A stretch of 64,000 bases of DNA from an uncultured delta proteobacterium (GTDB lineage: Bacteria; Desulfobacterota; Desulfobacteria; Desulfobacterales; UBA2156): positions 7,802-71,801 of the forward strand of contig CAVOQY010000008.1 of the NCBI GenBank assembly GCA_963698465.1, given 5' to 3'. The position numbers and the translations under genes are program-made. The notes below the pieces were generated by a model, which saw only the letters and a list, made by a program, of their open reading frames with translations, was not told the DNA's origin and did no database searches. Positions within the stretch are counted from its first letter, which is position 1. Every line of letters begins with the position of its first letter. Positions 36,889-46,631 of this stretch are shown here, piece by piece.

Positions 36889-37363
36889 ACCGACGGTCAG
36901 CCTTTTGATGCTCGGCTTTGCGTGAGATTCCCGACAGCCATCCTGTCCGGACATTTTTAACCGCATCGAAGTGCGGCACGTGGGGTTTGAGGTCCAAAAG
37001 CGGTGTCTTATCCACGACATCCACATTTTCGATGTGCAGGATATGCTCCTCGATGCGCGTGAGCTTCACCACCGAAAGGCCGATGGGGTTGGGGCGCTTC
37101 GGGGCTCGGGTGGCAAAGAGCCCCCTGGGCTCTTCAGAAAGGAAAGGGACGACGGTTAAGGAAAAGCCCTTGGACAGGTGGAAATGATACAGCAGCAAAA
37201 TATGAGAAAAACCGTCCAGATCCTGCAGGCCTGGAACATATTCCGGTTCAAGCTCGATGAAACCCTTGACGCTGGCGGCTCCCGAAGGCTGGATGGGGGT
37301 CCCTTCCAGGGTACGAAAGGGCGAACGAATGATACCGATGGGGGTGTAGGTGATGGACGGCAT
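36881..37363 (-). CDS. tsaA: tRNA (N6-threonylcarbamoyladenosine(37)-N6)-methyltransferase TrmO/TsaA family
   Basis: Reads MPSITYTPIGIIRSPFRTLEGTPIQP...FSHILLLYHFH...RAPKRPNPIGLSVVKL...VDVVDKTPLLDLKP. Confidence 0.8.
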   Translation of the reverse strand: MPSITYTPIGIIRSPFRTLEGTPIQPSGAASVKGFIELEPEYVPGLQDLDGFSHILLLYHFHLSKGFSLTVVPFLSEEPRGLFATRAPKRPNPIGLSVVKLTRIEEHILHIENVDVVDKTPLLDLKPHVPHFDAVKNVRTGWLSGISRKAEHQKADRRFK

Positions 37364-37404
37364 GCTTCAGCGCCCTTTTTTCCGCAAGGATTTCCTCGTT
37401 TCTT

Positions 37405-37857
37405 TTATCTTGAAGCCTCACCCAGCAGGATGTAATTGACCTGGGCCACGGCGACGTGTTTTCCGGCCTCGTCGAACAGATCCACCGCAACCGGGCACAG
37501 CGTTTTGCCGAATTTGATGACGGTCGCCTTCGCGGTGACATCGGTCAGGCAGGGTTCCAGGAAGCGGATGTTCATGTCCGTGGTCGTCAGCCGGGCGAGG
37601 GGCCCGGTTAGGGTGAAGATGGCAAAACATGCCGTGCTGTCGGCGAGGGTCATCAACAGCCCGCCGTGAAAGGATTCGAAGACCCCGTCGTAACTCGATT
37701 TTCTGGGGATCTTCGTTTCGCAGTACCCCTTGGAAAGGCGAAGGATCTGGATCCGTAGCGTGTCCACGATGGGGATCTTTTGGATCCTGGAAAGGATCTT
37801 TTTTTTAAAGCTGAGTTCCAGTTCCATGGCCGTCGATTTCCCACAGTTATAATCCAT
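37405..37857 (-). CDS. PaaI-family (hotdog fold) thioesterase
   Basis: Reads ...VFESFHGGLLMTLADSTACFA...TTDMNIRFLEP.... The start may be the internal MELELSF. Confidence 0.65.
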   Translation of the reverse strand: MDYNCGKSTAMELELSFKKKILSRIQKIPIVDTLRIQILRLSKGYCETKIPRKSSYDGVFESFHGGLLMTLADSTACFAIFTLTGPLARLTTTDMNIRFLEPCLTDVTAKATVIKFGKTLCPVAVDLFDEAGKHVAVAQVNYILLGEASR

Positions 37858-38083
37858 GTGCCCGTCTCTATCAAATCTTTCCGGGGTTTTTCAAACAAGT
37901 TTTGTTTCGGAAAAGGGCACAAGCCCATGCAGTCCCATTCATAAAGATTACAGGAGATAGAAGATTGACGCGTTCTTGCTGTAGATCTCTACAGCTTGAC
38001 TTTGGAATGGGCATGGGATAAATCACAATCAAGGCTTTTTGCAAGATTACATCGTGCGGTGGAATTGAAAGGAGGACCCATTA

Positions 38084-38359
38084 ATGAGAAAACCGATATA
38101 TTATTTTATTGTCTCCATCTGCTCGACCCTATTGCTGGGAGGTACTGCACAGGCGTATCTGGACCCCGGGTCCACCAGTATGATCTGGCAGCTGGTTCTC
38201 AGTATTCTGGCGGCCGCGGCGGTTTTCATTAAAATATTCTGGGCCAAACTGTACACCCTTTTCGGATTCAGAAACAAGCGGACGGAGCGCCCCGCGGATT
38301 CTGATCAGAACACCTCAATCCTGACTCTCCATCCTCTCACGCCTAATTGGCGACCCTGA
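38084..38359 (+). CDS. Small membrane protein with signal-like N-terminus and YLDPGS motif
   Basis: Strong RBS (AAAGGAGGA) upstream. Reads MRKPIYYFIVSICSTLLLGGTAQAYLDPGSTSMIWQLVLSILAAAAVFIKIFW. Confidence 0.55.
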   Translation: MRKPIYYFIVSICSTLLLGGTAQAYLDPGSTSMIWQLVLSILAAAAVFIKIFWAKLYTLFGFRNKRTERPADSDQNTSILTLHPLTPNWRP

Positions 38360-38382
38360 AACCCTACCGGAAAAGAGACACT

Positions 38383-39516
38383 TCAGTTCCTTTCGGGATT
38401 CGGTTTTTCAACGATATCCGGATAAAAGCGCTCCAAGGGAAACGTCTTTTCAGAAAGCCTTTCCTGGCAAAATAAGCGAATATGCGACTTGATCTTATCC
38501 GAGACATACTCATGCCGGTCAATCTTTCCACTTTTTAGATAAGCGCCTGAAACAGAAAAGAGGTTGGGCGGAATCATCTCGAAAAATGCTTCATTTTCCT
38601 TCATGAAACGGAAACTGGATTTTAAGACCACTCGATCCGCCTCTTCCCGGTTTATGGTTTCGCCTAAAAAGTTTGCCACCGATTGCACGGCACCATGCAA
38701 ATTTTCTTTCATGTGTTCAAAGGAGATGAACAACACGTTTCCATCCCGCTGGGACCGCTCCCACCACCCGCTTACATGGTCCGGCCAGGGTCGCCACCAC
38801 ATCCTTTCGCTACAATACCAATCGAGGACTTCAGCCACGGAGGGGGCAAATGGCCCTGTAGTCAGGTGAAAAAAGTCGACGATGCTGGCAAAGCAGCTCA
38901 CGGGATTTCTGGATACATAGATATATTTAGCGTCGGGGCTGTACGGGCATAAATCGGCGGAAAGGTGGGTTTTGATGACCGTCCGCCCGCTAGCCCCCAA
39001 GCGTGGTGCCCTGTCGAGACGGACGCTGTTCAGCCCCTCGATCCAGGGGCTGATGGCGTATAAGTTCTTGTACCCGCCATCTTCGAAATCGCCTTTACCC
39101 TTGGTCAATACCTGGAAAACGATCTGCTGCATCCAGGTAGTGCCGCATCGCATTTGAGTCACTACGAATACGTCTTTTCCGTCCGGCTGGTATTCACAGC
39201 CTTCCCGGAAGCTCTCCTCGCTGCACGAAAAACTGGGGCCGTACACGTCGCCATACACGACGGAAGCGATGCGCTCCCCACCTTTGTTCCGCTGCAAAAA
39301 GGATTCAAGATAAACGATTGGACTCAATAGAAGCGCGTTGATTCTGAGGGTTCTTTTAAAAGCGCTTCGGTGTTGAAGTGATTTCCCGTAATAATTCATA
39401 CCCCGCCGCTGTTCCAGCTCCCAGGCAAAATATCTTTTGAAATAATAGCCGCCGAATATGAGAAATAGTAAGGCGGCAAATATTGTTCCTGTAACAATTA
39501 AAACCCATGGTGCCAT
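38383..39516 (-). CDS. Membrane-anchored sulfotransferase (Sulfotransfer_1-like, PAPS-dependent type)
   Basis: N-terminal TM helix is MAPWVLIVTGTIFAALLFLIFGG. The 5'-PSB-like motif is MRCGTTWMQQIV (compare PKxGTTW). A 3'-PB-like region reads YLKSGKIDRHEY. Confidence 0.65.
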   Translation of the reverse strand: MAPWVLIVTGTIFAALLFLIFGGYYFKRYFAWELEQRRGMNYYGKSLQHRSAFKRTLRINALLLSPIVYLESFLQRNKGGERIASVVYGDVYGPSFSCSEESFREGCEYQPDGKDVFVVTQMRCGTTWMQQIVFQVLTKGKGDFEDGGYKNLYAISPWIEGLNSVRLDRAPRLGASGRTVIKTHLSADLCPYSPDAKYIYVSRNPVSCFASIVDFFHLTTGPFAPSVAEVLDWYCSERMWWRPWPDHVSGWWERSQRDGNVLFISFEHMKENLHGAVQSVANFLGETINREEADRVVLKSSFRFMKENEAFFEMIPPNLFSVSGAYLKSGKIDRHEYVSDKIKSHIRLFCQERLSEKTFPLERFYPDIVEKPNPERN

Positions 39517-39625
39517 GATCTATATGTCCTTTTCCATTGACGATTTTTATTTCCAATGTATATATGCTAAGCAACAGATTTTCAACGTTCAAACATGAAC
39601 ACGATAAGGAAAAAACTGCCGCAAA

Positions 39626-42121
39626 ATGAAATTAAATTCAGAGAAAGCATCTTCCGTATTTGATGCTTTACACATCTTTTCTCTTTTCAGCCTGGCGGTG
39701 GCGCAACCCCTGTACGAACAGCTATCGCGGCATCCCGAGGTTTTGGTTTCCTGGCATTTGAAACCGCTCGATATTTTCCTGCTGATATGCCTGTTGAGCA
39801 TCCTGTTGCCGTTGTTACTTTTTGCCGTCAAAGCGATCTCGCGAATTTTCGGCAGGCTGACGCAAAAAGCCACATACGCGATGATCATATTCGGGCTTTT
39901 GTTTCTGCTGCTGCTCCAAATTTGCAAGAAACTCTTCGAATTGCCGGACGTCTATCTTATCGTCATTGCCGCCGTTGCCAGTGCAGTTTTTACAACGCTC
40001 TATTTTATCTTCAAAGAGACCAGGCTCTTCGTAACCCTCCTGTCTCCTGCCATCATCCTGTTCCCCCTGCTCTTCCTGTTCAATCCTTCGATCCAAAAGA
40101 TCGTTTTCAAGACCAACGCATCCGGCACGGCGTACAGCCCCATCGAGGCGACACATCCCGTCGTGATGGTTGTTTTCGATGAATTCCCCGCTTCGTCTAT
40201 AATGGACATGAACAGATTGGTGGACGGGAACCTCTACCCCAACTTTGCCCGTTTGGCCCGAGATGCTTACTGGTACCGGAACGCCAGTACGGTGGCGGAA
40301 CGAACCTTTGCCGCTGTCCCCGCCATCCTCACCGGTTTGTATCCCAATGCAAATCGGATCCCTATTGCCTCGGATTTTCCGGGTAGCCTCTTCACGCTTC
40401 TAGGCGGCTCCTATGACATGAAGGTGTTCGAGCCGGACACCATGATCTGTCCGGCGTCGCTGTGCCAGGATTTCGATGCAGAGGAGGAGGTCTTAAACCA
40501 GATGTATTTTGACCTTCCCCTGATATACCTCCACATCGTCACCCCCCAACGCCTGGCTGGCAAGCTGCCGCCGGTCAACCTGACTCAGAAAGGCTATGTC
40601 AACCTTGAAACTTCAAAAGATTACCACAAAAGCGAGATGATCCATAAAATCAACCAACGGATCACGGCTTCGCAGTCGTTGGATCGGGCTGCACTTTTCG
40701 AAAGATTCACGGATTGCATCAAAAAAACCCCGAAGCCGACGCTTTATTTTATTCACGTGATGATACCCCACCTGCCATGGGAGTATTTCCCTTCCGGTAA
40801 AGTGTACTCCAAGTCCGCATGGAAGCTGCCCGGCCTGGACCTGCAAAAGGATCTGTGGAACGACGATGAGTGGCTGATAAGGCAAGGGTATCAACGCCAC
40901 CTGCTCCAGGTCGGGTATGCCGATACCCTCCTTGGGAAATTGATGGATAAACTCAAGGCGACAGGACTCTACGACGATGCGCTCATTGTGGTGACCGCCG
41001 ACCACGGTTTGAGTTTTTTCCCCAACCGGGAAAGAAGAAAGGTGTATCCTCAGGGAAACATGGACATCCTCGCCGTGCCTTTGTTCATTAAAAAACCCCA
41101 CCATACCCAGGGCGTCCTCAGCGATCGAAACGTGGAAACCATCGATATCTTGCCCACCATAGCCGACATCCTGGATATCCCCGTGACATGGAATCTGGAT
41201 GGCCATTCAATGATGGATTCCTCTTTCCCCGAACGCCATCAAAAACGCATCTACGATGACCATTACAATCTATTTATTTTCGATTCGCCGGCGGCATCGT
41301 ATGCTGCTGCGCTCGAGCGCAAATTTTCATTTTTCGGTACCCCCTCTAAAATGGAGGACATTCTGACCACCGGGCACCTAAATGAGCTGATCGGGAAGCA
41401 GGCATCAGCACTCACCGGAGGTGAAATGAAAGGGGTGACCTGCGTTGTGGATCAGGAGACATCCTTGGCAGATGTGAATCCCGAGTCCAACTATATCCCG
41501 GCATTGATCACCGGCCGCCTCTTGATCCAGGACGACACCATCAAACCGTCACTTCTGGGGCTGGCAATCAATGGTGAAATGGCCGCTGTGACCAAATCCT
41601 ATCGGGACGTAGATCATACCTTGAAATTCTCATTCCTCGTACCGGAATCCGCCTTTAAGCCTGGCCGGCACATTGTTGGTGTGTATTCCCTTGCAGATAA
41701 CCCGGCGGAGCGGAAGATCTTCCGTATTCCGAAATGGAATGCCGTCACCTATACGCTGGAACCCGAAGGGATCATCCGCTCTTCGGCAGGGGAGAAGTTC
41801 CAAATTGTTAAAAACACCTTTTCTGGTTCTCTCGACGACGCCGGTGCCCAGAACAATTATTTTATCATGCGTGGCTGGGCGGCACACCCGGGCACCTCAA
41901 ACCTGCCGGAAGTGATCGTTGTCTTTGTGAATGGTGAATTCCTTCACGCGGGGCCATGCAATCAGGACCGGCCCGATGTGGTCAAACACTTTAACAACCA
42001 CATGCTGATGGGGTCGGGCTTCCATTATACGTTTTCGGTCAAGAAGTTAAACGGTATCGATCGAAAGGCGATACGGCTGTTTGCCCTTTCAGATGACGGG
42101 CATGCATCGGAAATCAATTGA
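39626..42121 (+). CDS. Sulfatase-like / alkaline-phosphatase-superfamily membrane protein (LTA-synthase or phosphoethanolamine-transferase-like architecture)
   Basis: The N-terminus has about 5 TM helices. The catalytic-domain start reads PVVMVVFDEFP. A candidate Thr nucleophile region reads NASTVAERTFAAVPAILTG. ...IVVTADHGLSF... is present. An extra C-terminal domain of about 200 aa follows. Confidence 0.65.
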   Translation: MKLNSEKASSVFDALHIFSLFSLAVAQPLYEQLSRHPEVLVSWHLKPLDIFLLICLLSILLPLLLFAVKAISRIFGRLTQKATYAMIIFGLLFLLLLQICKKLFELPDVYLIVIAAVASAVFTTLYFIFKETRLFVTLLSPAIILFPLLFLFNPSIQKIVFKTNASGTAYSPIEATHPVVMVVFDEFPASSIMDMNRLVDGNLYPNFARLARDAYWYRNASTVAERTFAAVPAILTGLYPNANRIPIASDFPGSLFTLLGGSYDMKVFEPDTMICPASLCQDFDAEEEVLNQMYFDLPLIYLHIVTPQRLAGKLPPVNLTQKGYVNLETSKDYHKSEMIHKINQRITASQSLDRAALFERFTDCIKKTPKPTLYFIHVMIPHLPWEYFPSGKVYSKSAWKLPGLDLQKDLWNDDEWLIRQGYQRHLLQVGYADTLLGKLMDKLKATGLYDDALIVVTADHGLSFFPNRERRKVYPQGNMDILAVPLFIKKPHHTQGVLSDRNVETIDILPTIADILDIPVTWNLDGHSMMDSSFPERHQKRIYDDHYNLFIFDSPAASYAAALERKFSFFGTPSKMEDILTTGHLNELIGKQASALTGGEMKGVTCVVDQETSLADVNPESNYIPALITGRLLIQDDTIKPSLLGLAINGEMAAVTKSYRDVDHTLKFSFLVPESAFKPGRHIVGVYSLADNPAERKIFRIPKWNAVTYTLEPEGIIRSSAGEKFQIVKNTFSGSLDDAGAQNNYFIMRGWAAHPGTSNLPEVIVVFVNGEFLHAGPCNQDRPDVVKHFNNHMLMGSGFHYTFSVKKLNGIDRKAIRLFALSDDGHASEIN

Positions 42122-42353
42122 CCGGCCTCCTTCACTCGTTGCCGATTTTCGCGGGGGGATCTCTTGGGTTTCATGCTGCAAAATCGCAAGGTTTTAAAAG
42201 ATTGTTGCCAAAAAACCCGCAATTTGGACAGCGTCATTTTTAAGATATTTTCATCAATATCAAATAGTAAATGAGGTTTTCAGCGAAGGCTAAGGAAGGC
42301 TTCCTTGGAGGTTGAAAAGAGGGCTGGAAAGCAGATTTCACCAACAATAATAC

Positions 42354-42375
42354 GGACTCAGAAATTTCCAAGTCC
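42354..42375 (-). terminator. Possible terminator hairpin after tRNA-Arg
   Basis: Minus strand has ggacttgg-aaattt-ctgagtcc followed by a moderately T-rich tail. Confidence 0.3.
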
Positions 42376-42386
42376 TTGATTTTATC

Positions 42387-42462
42387 TGGTACGCCCGGCT
42401 GGGATCGAACCAGCGGCTTTCAGCTCCGGAGGCTGACGCTCTATCCACTGAGCTACGGGCGC
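42387..42462 (-). tRNA. tRNA-Arg (anticodon CCG), CCA encoded
   Basis: Reverse complement: GCGCCCGTAGCTCAGTGGATAGAGCGTCAGCCTCCGGAGCTGAAAGCCGCTGGTTCGATCCCAGCCGGGCGTACCA. Anticodon loop is CTCCGGA. T-arm is GCTGG-TTCGATC-CCAGC. Pair 1:72 is G-U. Confidence 0.9.
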
Positions 42463-42479
42463 ACGGCGTGAGGGGAAGA

Positions 42480-43823
42480 CTAAGCCAACGCGGCTTGAGA
42501 GTCAATCCCTATCTTTTTTAAAGGGCGCCGGAGCAGGCCGGGGTCCTTTTCCATGGCTGCCTTGACGTCTCCCACCACGTAGAGGGACCCGGCGACACAA
42601 ATGGCCTGCCCGGGCTTTGCCGCGGTGACGGCCCGCTTGAGGGCGGCCCCTGCATCGTCGATGACTTCGATGTCCGGGCAAAGAGTCCTGGCGTATTCCA
42701 GAAGGGTCTGGGTGGGAAGGGCCCGATCGATGGAGGCCCGGGTCAGGATCAGCTTCCGGCAGTTGGGGAGAAGGGCCTTGAGCATGATCCGGTAGGGCTT
42801 GTCATCCAGGATTCCAAGGACCAGCAGGACGTTTTTATCCGGGAATCGCTTCGAGAGAAACTGAGCCAGTTTCCGGGTGGCCGCCCGGTTATGCGCCCCG
42901 TCGAGAATGACGAGGGGGTCCCGGGAAACGATTTCCAGCCGCCCGGGCCAAAGGTTTTCCGCCAAACCTTTCCGAAGGGTCGCCTCGGGGATTCCCAGTC
43001 CCTGCCGGTTCAGGAGTTCGCATGCTGCCAGGGTCAAGGCGGCGTTCTCCACCTGGTGCGGGCCCAAGAGGCCGGTTTTCATGCCGGGAAGGGTCGCTTC
43101 CATTCCGAAGTAAGTAAAACTCCCGTCCCTGTGCCGCTGAACCCGGAAGTCAGAGCCCAGGTGAAAAAGCGGGGCCTTTTTTTCCTCGGCGGTGCGGGAT
43201 AGGACCCTCAAGGCGGAAGTTTGGCGCACCCCGGTGACCAAGGGGATTCCGGGCTTGATGATCCCGGCTTTTTCATAAGCGATCTTGGCGATGGTGTTTC
43301 CCAGGTAGGCTTGATGTTCCAAAGAGACATTGGTGATGACGGAAAGGGCAGGCTGCACCCTGTTGGTGGCATCCATCCGTCCCCCCATGCCGGTTTCGAT
43401 GACGGCCCAATCCACCTTTTCCCGGGCGAAGTGGTAAAAGGCCATGGCGGTGGTGTACTCGAAAAAGGTGGGTTCCCGACCCCCCGAGGCGGCTTTCCGG
43501 ACCGCCTCATGGGCCTCGATGACCGCCTCATCGGATACGTGCCGGCCGTCGATGCAGATTCTCTCATTGAAACGGACCAGGTGCGGGGAAGTGTACAGCC
43601 CCACCCGCCGGCCGGTGAGGGTCAAGATGGTGGAAAGGGCGGAAGCGACGGAGCCCTTGCCGTTGGACCCGGCCACGTGGATGCAGGGGAAGGCCTCCTG
43701 GGGATTGCCCAAGGCCTTGAGAATGGCGGAAATGGTATCCAGCCCGAGGATGATGCCGAACCGCCTCAGGCTGTACATGTATTCCAGGCACTCGGGATAA
43801 GGTTTCGGGACGTCCATGCCCAT
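42480..43823 (-). CDS. folC: Bifunctional folylpolyglutamate synthase / dihydrofolate synthase
   Basis: 447 aa. P-loop is VAGSNGKGSV. Mur-ligase-type middle and C-terminal domains are present. Confidence 0.85.
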   Translation of the reverse strand: MGMDVPKPYPECLEYMYSLRRFGIILGLDTISAILKALGNPQEAFPCIHVAGSNGKGSVASALSTILTLTGRRVGLYTSPHLVRFNERICIDGRHVSDEAVIEAHEAVRKAASGGREPTFFEYTTAMAFYHFAREKVDWAVIETGMGGRMDATNRVQPALSVITNVSLEHQAYLGNTIAKIAYEKAGIIKPGIPLVTGVRQTSALRVLSRTAEEKKAPLFHLGSDFRVQRHRDGSFTYFGMEATLPGMKTGLLGPHQVENAALTLAACELLNRQGLGIPEATLRKGLAENLWPGRLEIVSRDPLVILDGAHNRAATRKLAQFLSKRFPDKNVLLVLGILDDKPYRIMLKALLPNCRKLILTRASIDRALPTQTLLEYARTLCPDIEVIDDAGAALKRAVTAAKPGQAICVAGSLYVVGDVKAAMEKDPGLLRRPLKKIGIDSQAALA

Positions 43824-43873
43824 AAAAAACCCGGCGGAAGGGTTTTCCGCCGGGCGATCCGATAGGTTGTGCG

Positions 43874-44077
43874 TTATCGGTAACGGCTCTTCGCAGCGGC
43901 GATGCGCTGTCTTCTCAAAGCCTCTCTTTGTTTTCGGCGCCGGTACTCGCTGGGCTTTTCGTAGCTTTTTTTCAGCTTCAGGCGCTTGAAAAGGCCGTCG
44001 TTTTGAATTTTTTTCTTGAGAATGCGCATGGCCTTTTCAAGGTCGTTGTCCAGCACCTTGACTTCAATGTTCTTCAA
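43874..44077 (-). CDS. rpsU: 30S ribosomal protein S21
   Basis: Reads MKNIEVKVLDNDLEKAMRILKKKIQNDGLFKRLKLKKSYEKPSEYRRRKQREA. Confidence 0.9.
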   Translation of the reverse strand: MKNIEVKVLDNDLEKAMRILKKKIQNDGLFKRLKLKKSYEKPSEYRRRKQREALRRQRIAAAKSRYR

Positions 44078-44161
44078 GCTCTCTCACCCCTTTACACGCC
44101 ACAGGAAGCGAATGTCATTTCCAAAGGCTTATTGAGTTCAGGTTCTTCTGTTTAGCACAAG

Positions 44162-44190
44162 ATGATAACGCAACCCATTGGCTTTGGCAA
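44162..44190 (-). promoter_or_regulatory. Sigma70-type promoter candidate for rpsU (TTGCCA-17-TATCAT)
   Basis: On the minus strand, TTGCCA is at 44190-44185 and TATCAT at 44167-44162. Confidence 0.4.
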
Positions 44191-44217
44191 GACCCAATCG
44201 GGACTGCCTCGCTTTTT

Positions 44218-44892
44218 TCAAAGTTTGGAAACCAGTTCGGCCGTCACGTCCTTGACGCCCGGCTTGCCGTCCAGCGTGATGTACTTGATGGCCTTGTCTT
44301 TTTGCGCCAGATCCCTGAAATAATACGCCGAGGCCAGGGTTCCGGTTTGGGTGTCGTAATAGATGCTGTGCCGTTTGTTGATGGCCTCCTCGTCCTGGTC
44401 GTCGCCCCGGGTCTTCAGTTCGCCCCCGCAGACGCGGCATTTGCCGTCTTTGGGCTTGATGGCATCGATGAAGATGTTGTTGGGGTGGTTGTTGTCGTTG
44501 ACGCACAGACGCCGGCCCATGATCCTGTTTTTGGCGATCTCCCGGTCCAAAACGATTTCGATGACATAGTTCAAAGCCAGCCCGGCCTTTTTGAGGGCCT
44601 CGTGCAGCATGACGGCCTGGTTCTTGTTTCTCGGGAACCCGTCCAGAAGCCACCCTTTTTTGCAGTCGCCCTTCTGAAGGCGATCCAGGATCATGGGGAT
44701 GGTGATGTCATCGGGCACGAGGTCGCCCCGGTCGATGTAGGCTTTTGCCTTGGCGCCCAGCTCGGTCTTGCCCTGGATGTTTTCCCTGAAAATGGCGCCG
44801 GATTCGATGTGGGGGATCTTGTACTGGCCTTTGAGAATGGCTCCCTGGGTTCCTTTTCCGCTGCCGTTGGGGCCGAAAAACAAGATGTTCAT
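44218..44892 (-). CDS. adk: Adenylate kinase (long Cys-containing LID variant)
   Basis: Reads MNILFFGPNGSGKGTQ.... The LID region contains C...CRVCGG. Confidence 0.9.
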   Translation of the reverse strand: MNILFFGPNGSGKGTQGAILKGQYKIPHIESGAIFRENIQGKTELGAKAKAYIDRGDLVPDDITIPMILDRLQKGDCKKGWLLDGFPRNKNQAVMLHEALKKAGLALNYVIEIVLDREIAKNRIMGRRLCVNDNNHPNNIFIDAIKPKDGKCRVCGGELKTRGDDQDEEAINKRHSIYYDTQTGTLASAYYFRDLAQKDKAIKYITLDGKPGVKDVTAELVSKL

Positions 44893-45076
44893 GACCGTCT
44901 CCTTTCCGCTTTAAATCCAATTCTTTTAAGGGGTTTTTTCTGTCACGGCGCCGGACGAGGGCAAAGGCGCAGTCGAACCGGTTTCCCTCGGGATGCCCCG
45001 GGCCGCAGATAAAAGGCCGTCGATTGGGGGTTTTCCTAATCGATGCTGTTTTCCTTGTCAAGCATTCAGAAGGGAT

Positions 45077-46513
45077 TCACCTGTGTCGGTCCGCCTGCGG
45101 GCCGGTTTCAGAGGCTGTCGGGGGTCGGATTCGCCGGATCAGTTGCCGGGCCAGCTGCAAGGCGGCGTTCCGGTCGCGGATTTCGCAGGAAAGCTGAGCC
45201 TCCCGAACCCGCCGGAGGATTTTCTTGAAAGCCGGAGACGGGGCCAGGGTAAATTCGTCGATGAGATCAAAGCCGGTAAGAAAGGGGGGTGCGTTTTCCA
45301 GGCTCCGGCGTTCCTCGAAATAGTCCTTAAAAAGGGTCCGGACAAAGCCCAGGAAGGCCTCATTGCGAGGGTCAGGGGTGTTGTTTTTTCCTTCGATGTC
45401 CGCTACGGCGTGCAGCAGGAGCGCCGGTGTCCGGTCGCCGAATCTTGAAAAAAAGCGCGCCTTGGCACGGCTGGAAACGTCGGCTCTCCTGCAGGCCAGG
45501 TAGAGAAACAGGGGCCGGATATGGTTTCGAACGACAAAAACCGTGTCCTTTCTGAAGGCGTTTGAAAGACGCAGCCGCCGGCAGACGGCGTCGGCCATGA
45601 GGGCGCTTTTTTTTTCGTGCCCGATGAAATGGACTTCGCCCTTTGCATCCACGGTCTTGACGGCCGGTTTTCCGATATCGTGAAGGAGCATGGCCCATTT
45701 GAGCTGCGCGAAGGATTTCTCGTCGACGGCTTCCCGGATACGGGGACCGTTTTTTAGGAAGGCCGTTTCGAGGTCGCCTTGGAGGCGCTCCAGACGCGAC
45801 AGGGCTACGAGGGTGTGCTGGAGGACATCGAAGGCATGATGCCGGTTCTGGAAGCAGCCCGCCGTCGCTTTCAGCTCGGGGACGATTTCAAACAGCAGGC
45901 CGGATAGGGCCATCCGGGACACGGCATCAAAGGCGCATCGGGTGTCAAAGATCCGAAGCAGTTCCAAGGAAACGCGCTCGGGCGGGGATTGCCGGATCCG
46001 TTGGCTATCCATCCGGATCCGGTCAGCGGTTTCGGGCTCCATGTGCAGGCCGGCGTCGGCACAGATCCGAAAGGCCCGCACCAGGCGGACCGGGTCTTTC
46101 TCGAATACTGTTTTGGAAACCATCCTGAGCGTTTTTTCGGCCAGGTCGCCCTTGCCGCCGAGGGGGTCGATGAGGGTTTTCGAAGAAAGGGCGCAGGCCA
46201 TGGCGTTGACGGTGAAATCCCTCTCCTTCAGGTCTGCTTCGATGGAAGGGCCCCTCACGGCGGTGATGTCGAAAGTCAGGTCGGGACGAACGACTCGGAA
46301 AAGAGCCTGGTCCGCTTTCCCGAGCCTCACCAGGCTCCCGCCGACCCGGCCGGCAAGTCCGCGCGCGAATTTGTCTGGATTTTGGGAGACGGCGATGTCA
46401 TAATCGTTGGAAAGGCGGTCCGCGAGGAGATCCCGCACCGACCCGCCAACCAGAAAGGCGCCCTCGGTGGTCGGGAGAAGGTCTTCATCAAAAGGCAGTT
46501 TGGGAAAGTCCAT
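45077..46513 (-). CDS. cca: CCA-adding enzyme / poly(A) polymerase family nucleotidyltransferase with HD domain
   Basis: Taken from Met MDFPKLPFDEDLL...GGSVRDLLADRLSNDYDIAV, plus an HD motif LLHDIGKP. The ORF-track extension to 46627 was not used. Confidence 0.75.
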   Translation of the reverse strand: MDFPKLPFDEDLLPTTEGAFLVGGSVRDLLADRLSNDYDIAVSQNPDKFARGLAGRVGGSLVRLGKADQALFRVVRPDLTFDITAVRGPSIEADLKERDFTVNAMACALSSKTLIDPLGGKGDLAEKTLRMVSKTVFEKDPVRLVRAFRICADAGLHMEPETADRIRMDSQRIRQSPPERVSLELLRIFDTRCAFDAVSRMALSGLLFEIVPELKATAGCFQNRHHAFDVLQHTLVALSRLERLQGDLETAFLKNGPRIREAVDEKSFAQLKWAMLLHDIGKPAVKTVDAKGEVHFIGHEKKSALMADAVCRRLRLSNAFRKDTVFVVRNHIRPLFLYLACRRADVSSRAKARFFSRFGDRTPALLLHAVADIEGKNNTPDPRNEAFLGFVRTLFKDYFEERRSLENAPPFLTGFDLIDEFTLAPSPAFKKILRRVREAQLSCEIRDRNAALQLARQLIRRIRPPTASETGPQADRHR

Positions 46514-46631
46514 CCTTCCGGTCACTCCTTTGAACCGCAAAAGCGAGCGTATTCCCCGCAGGTTCTGCCTGACGGCAGCGCTTCGCGGGCAGCGGGAGCG
46601 CTTCAATCCGTCAGCGCATGCAGGCACTGTA

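Noticed and set aside
44180-44217. Hairpin plus T-run (ggcaagaccc-aatc-gggactgcc followed by tcgcttttttc) between adk and rpsU
   Set aside because: The T-tract follows the hairpin only on the plus strand, while both flanking genes are on the minus strand. It is therefore not a terminator for them. It also overlaps the better rpsU promoter candidate.
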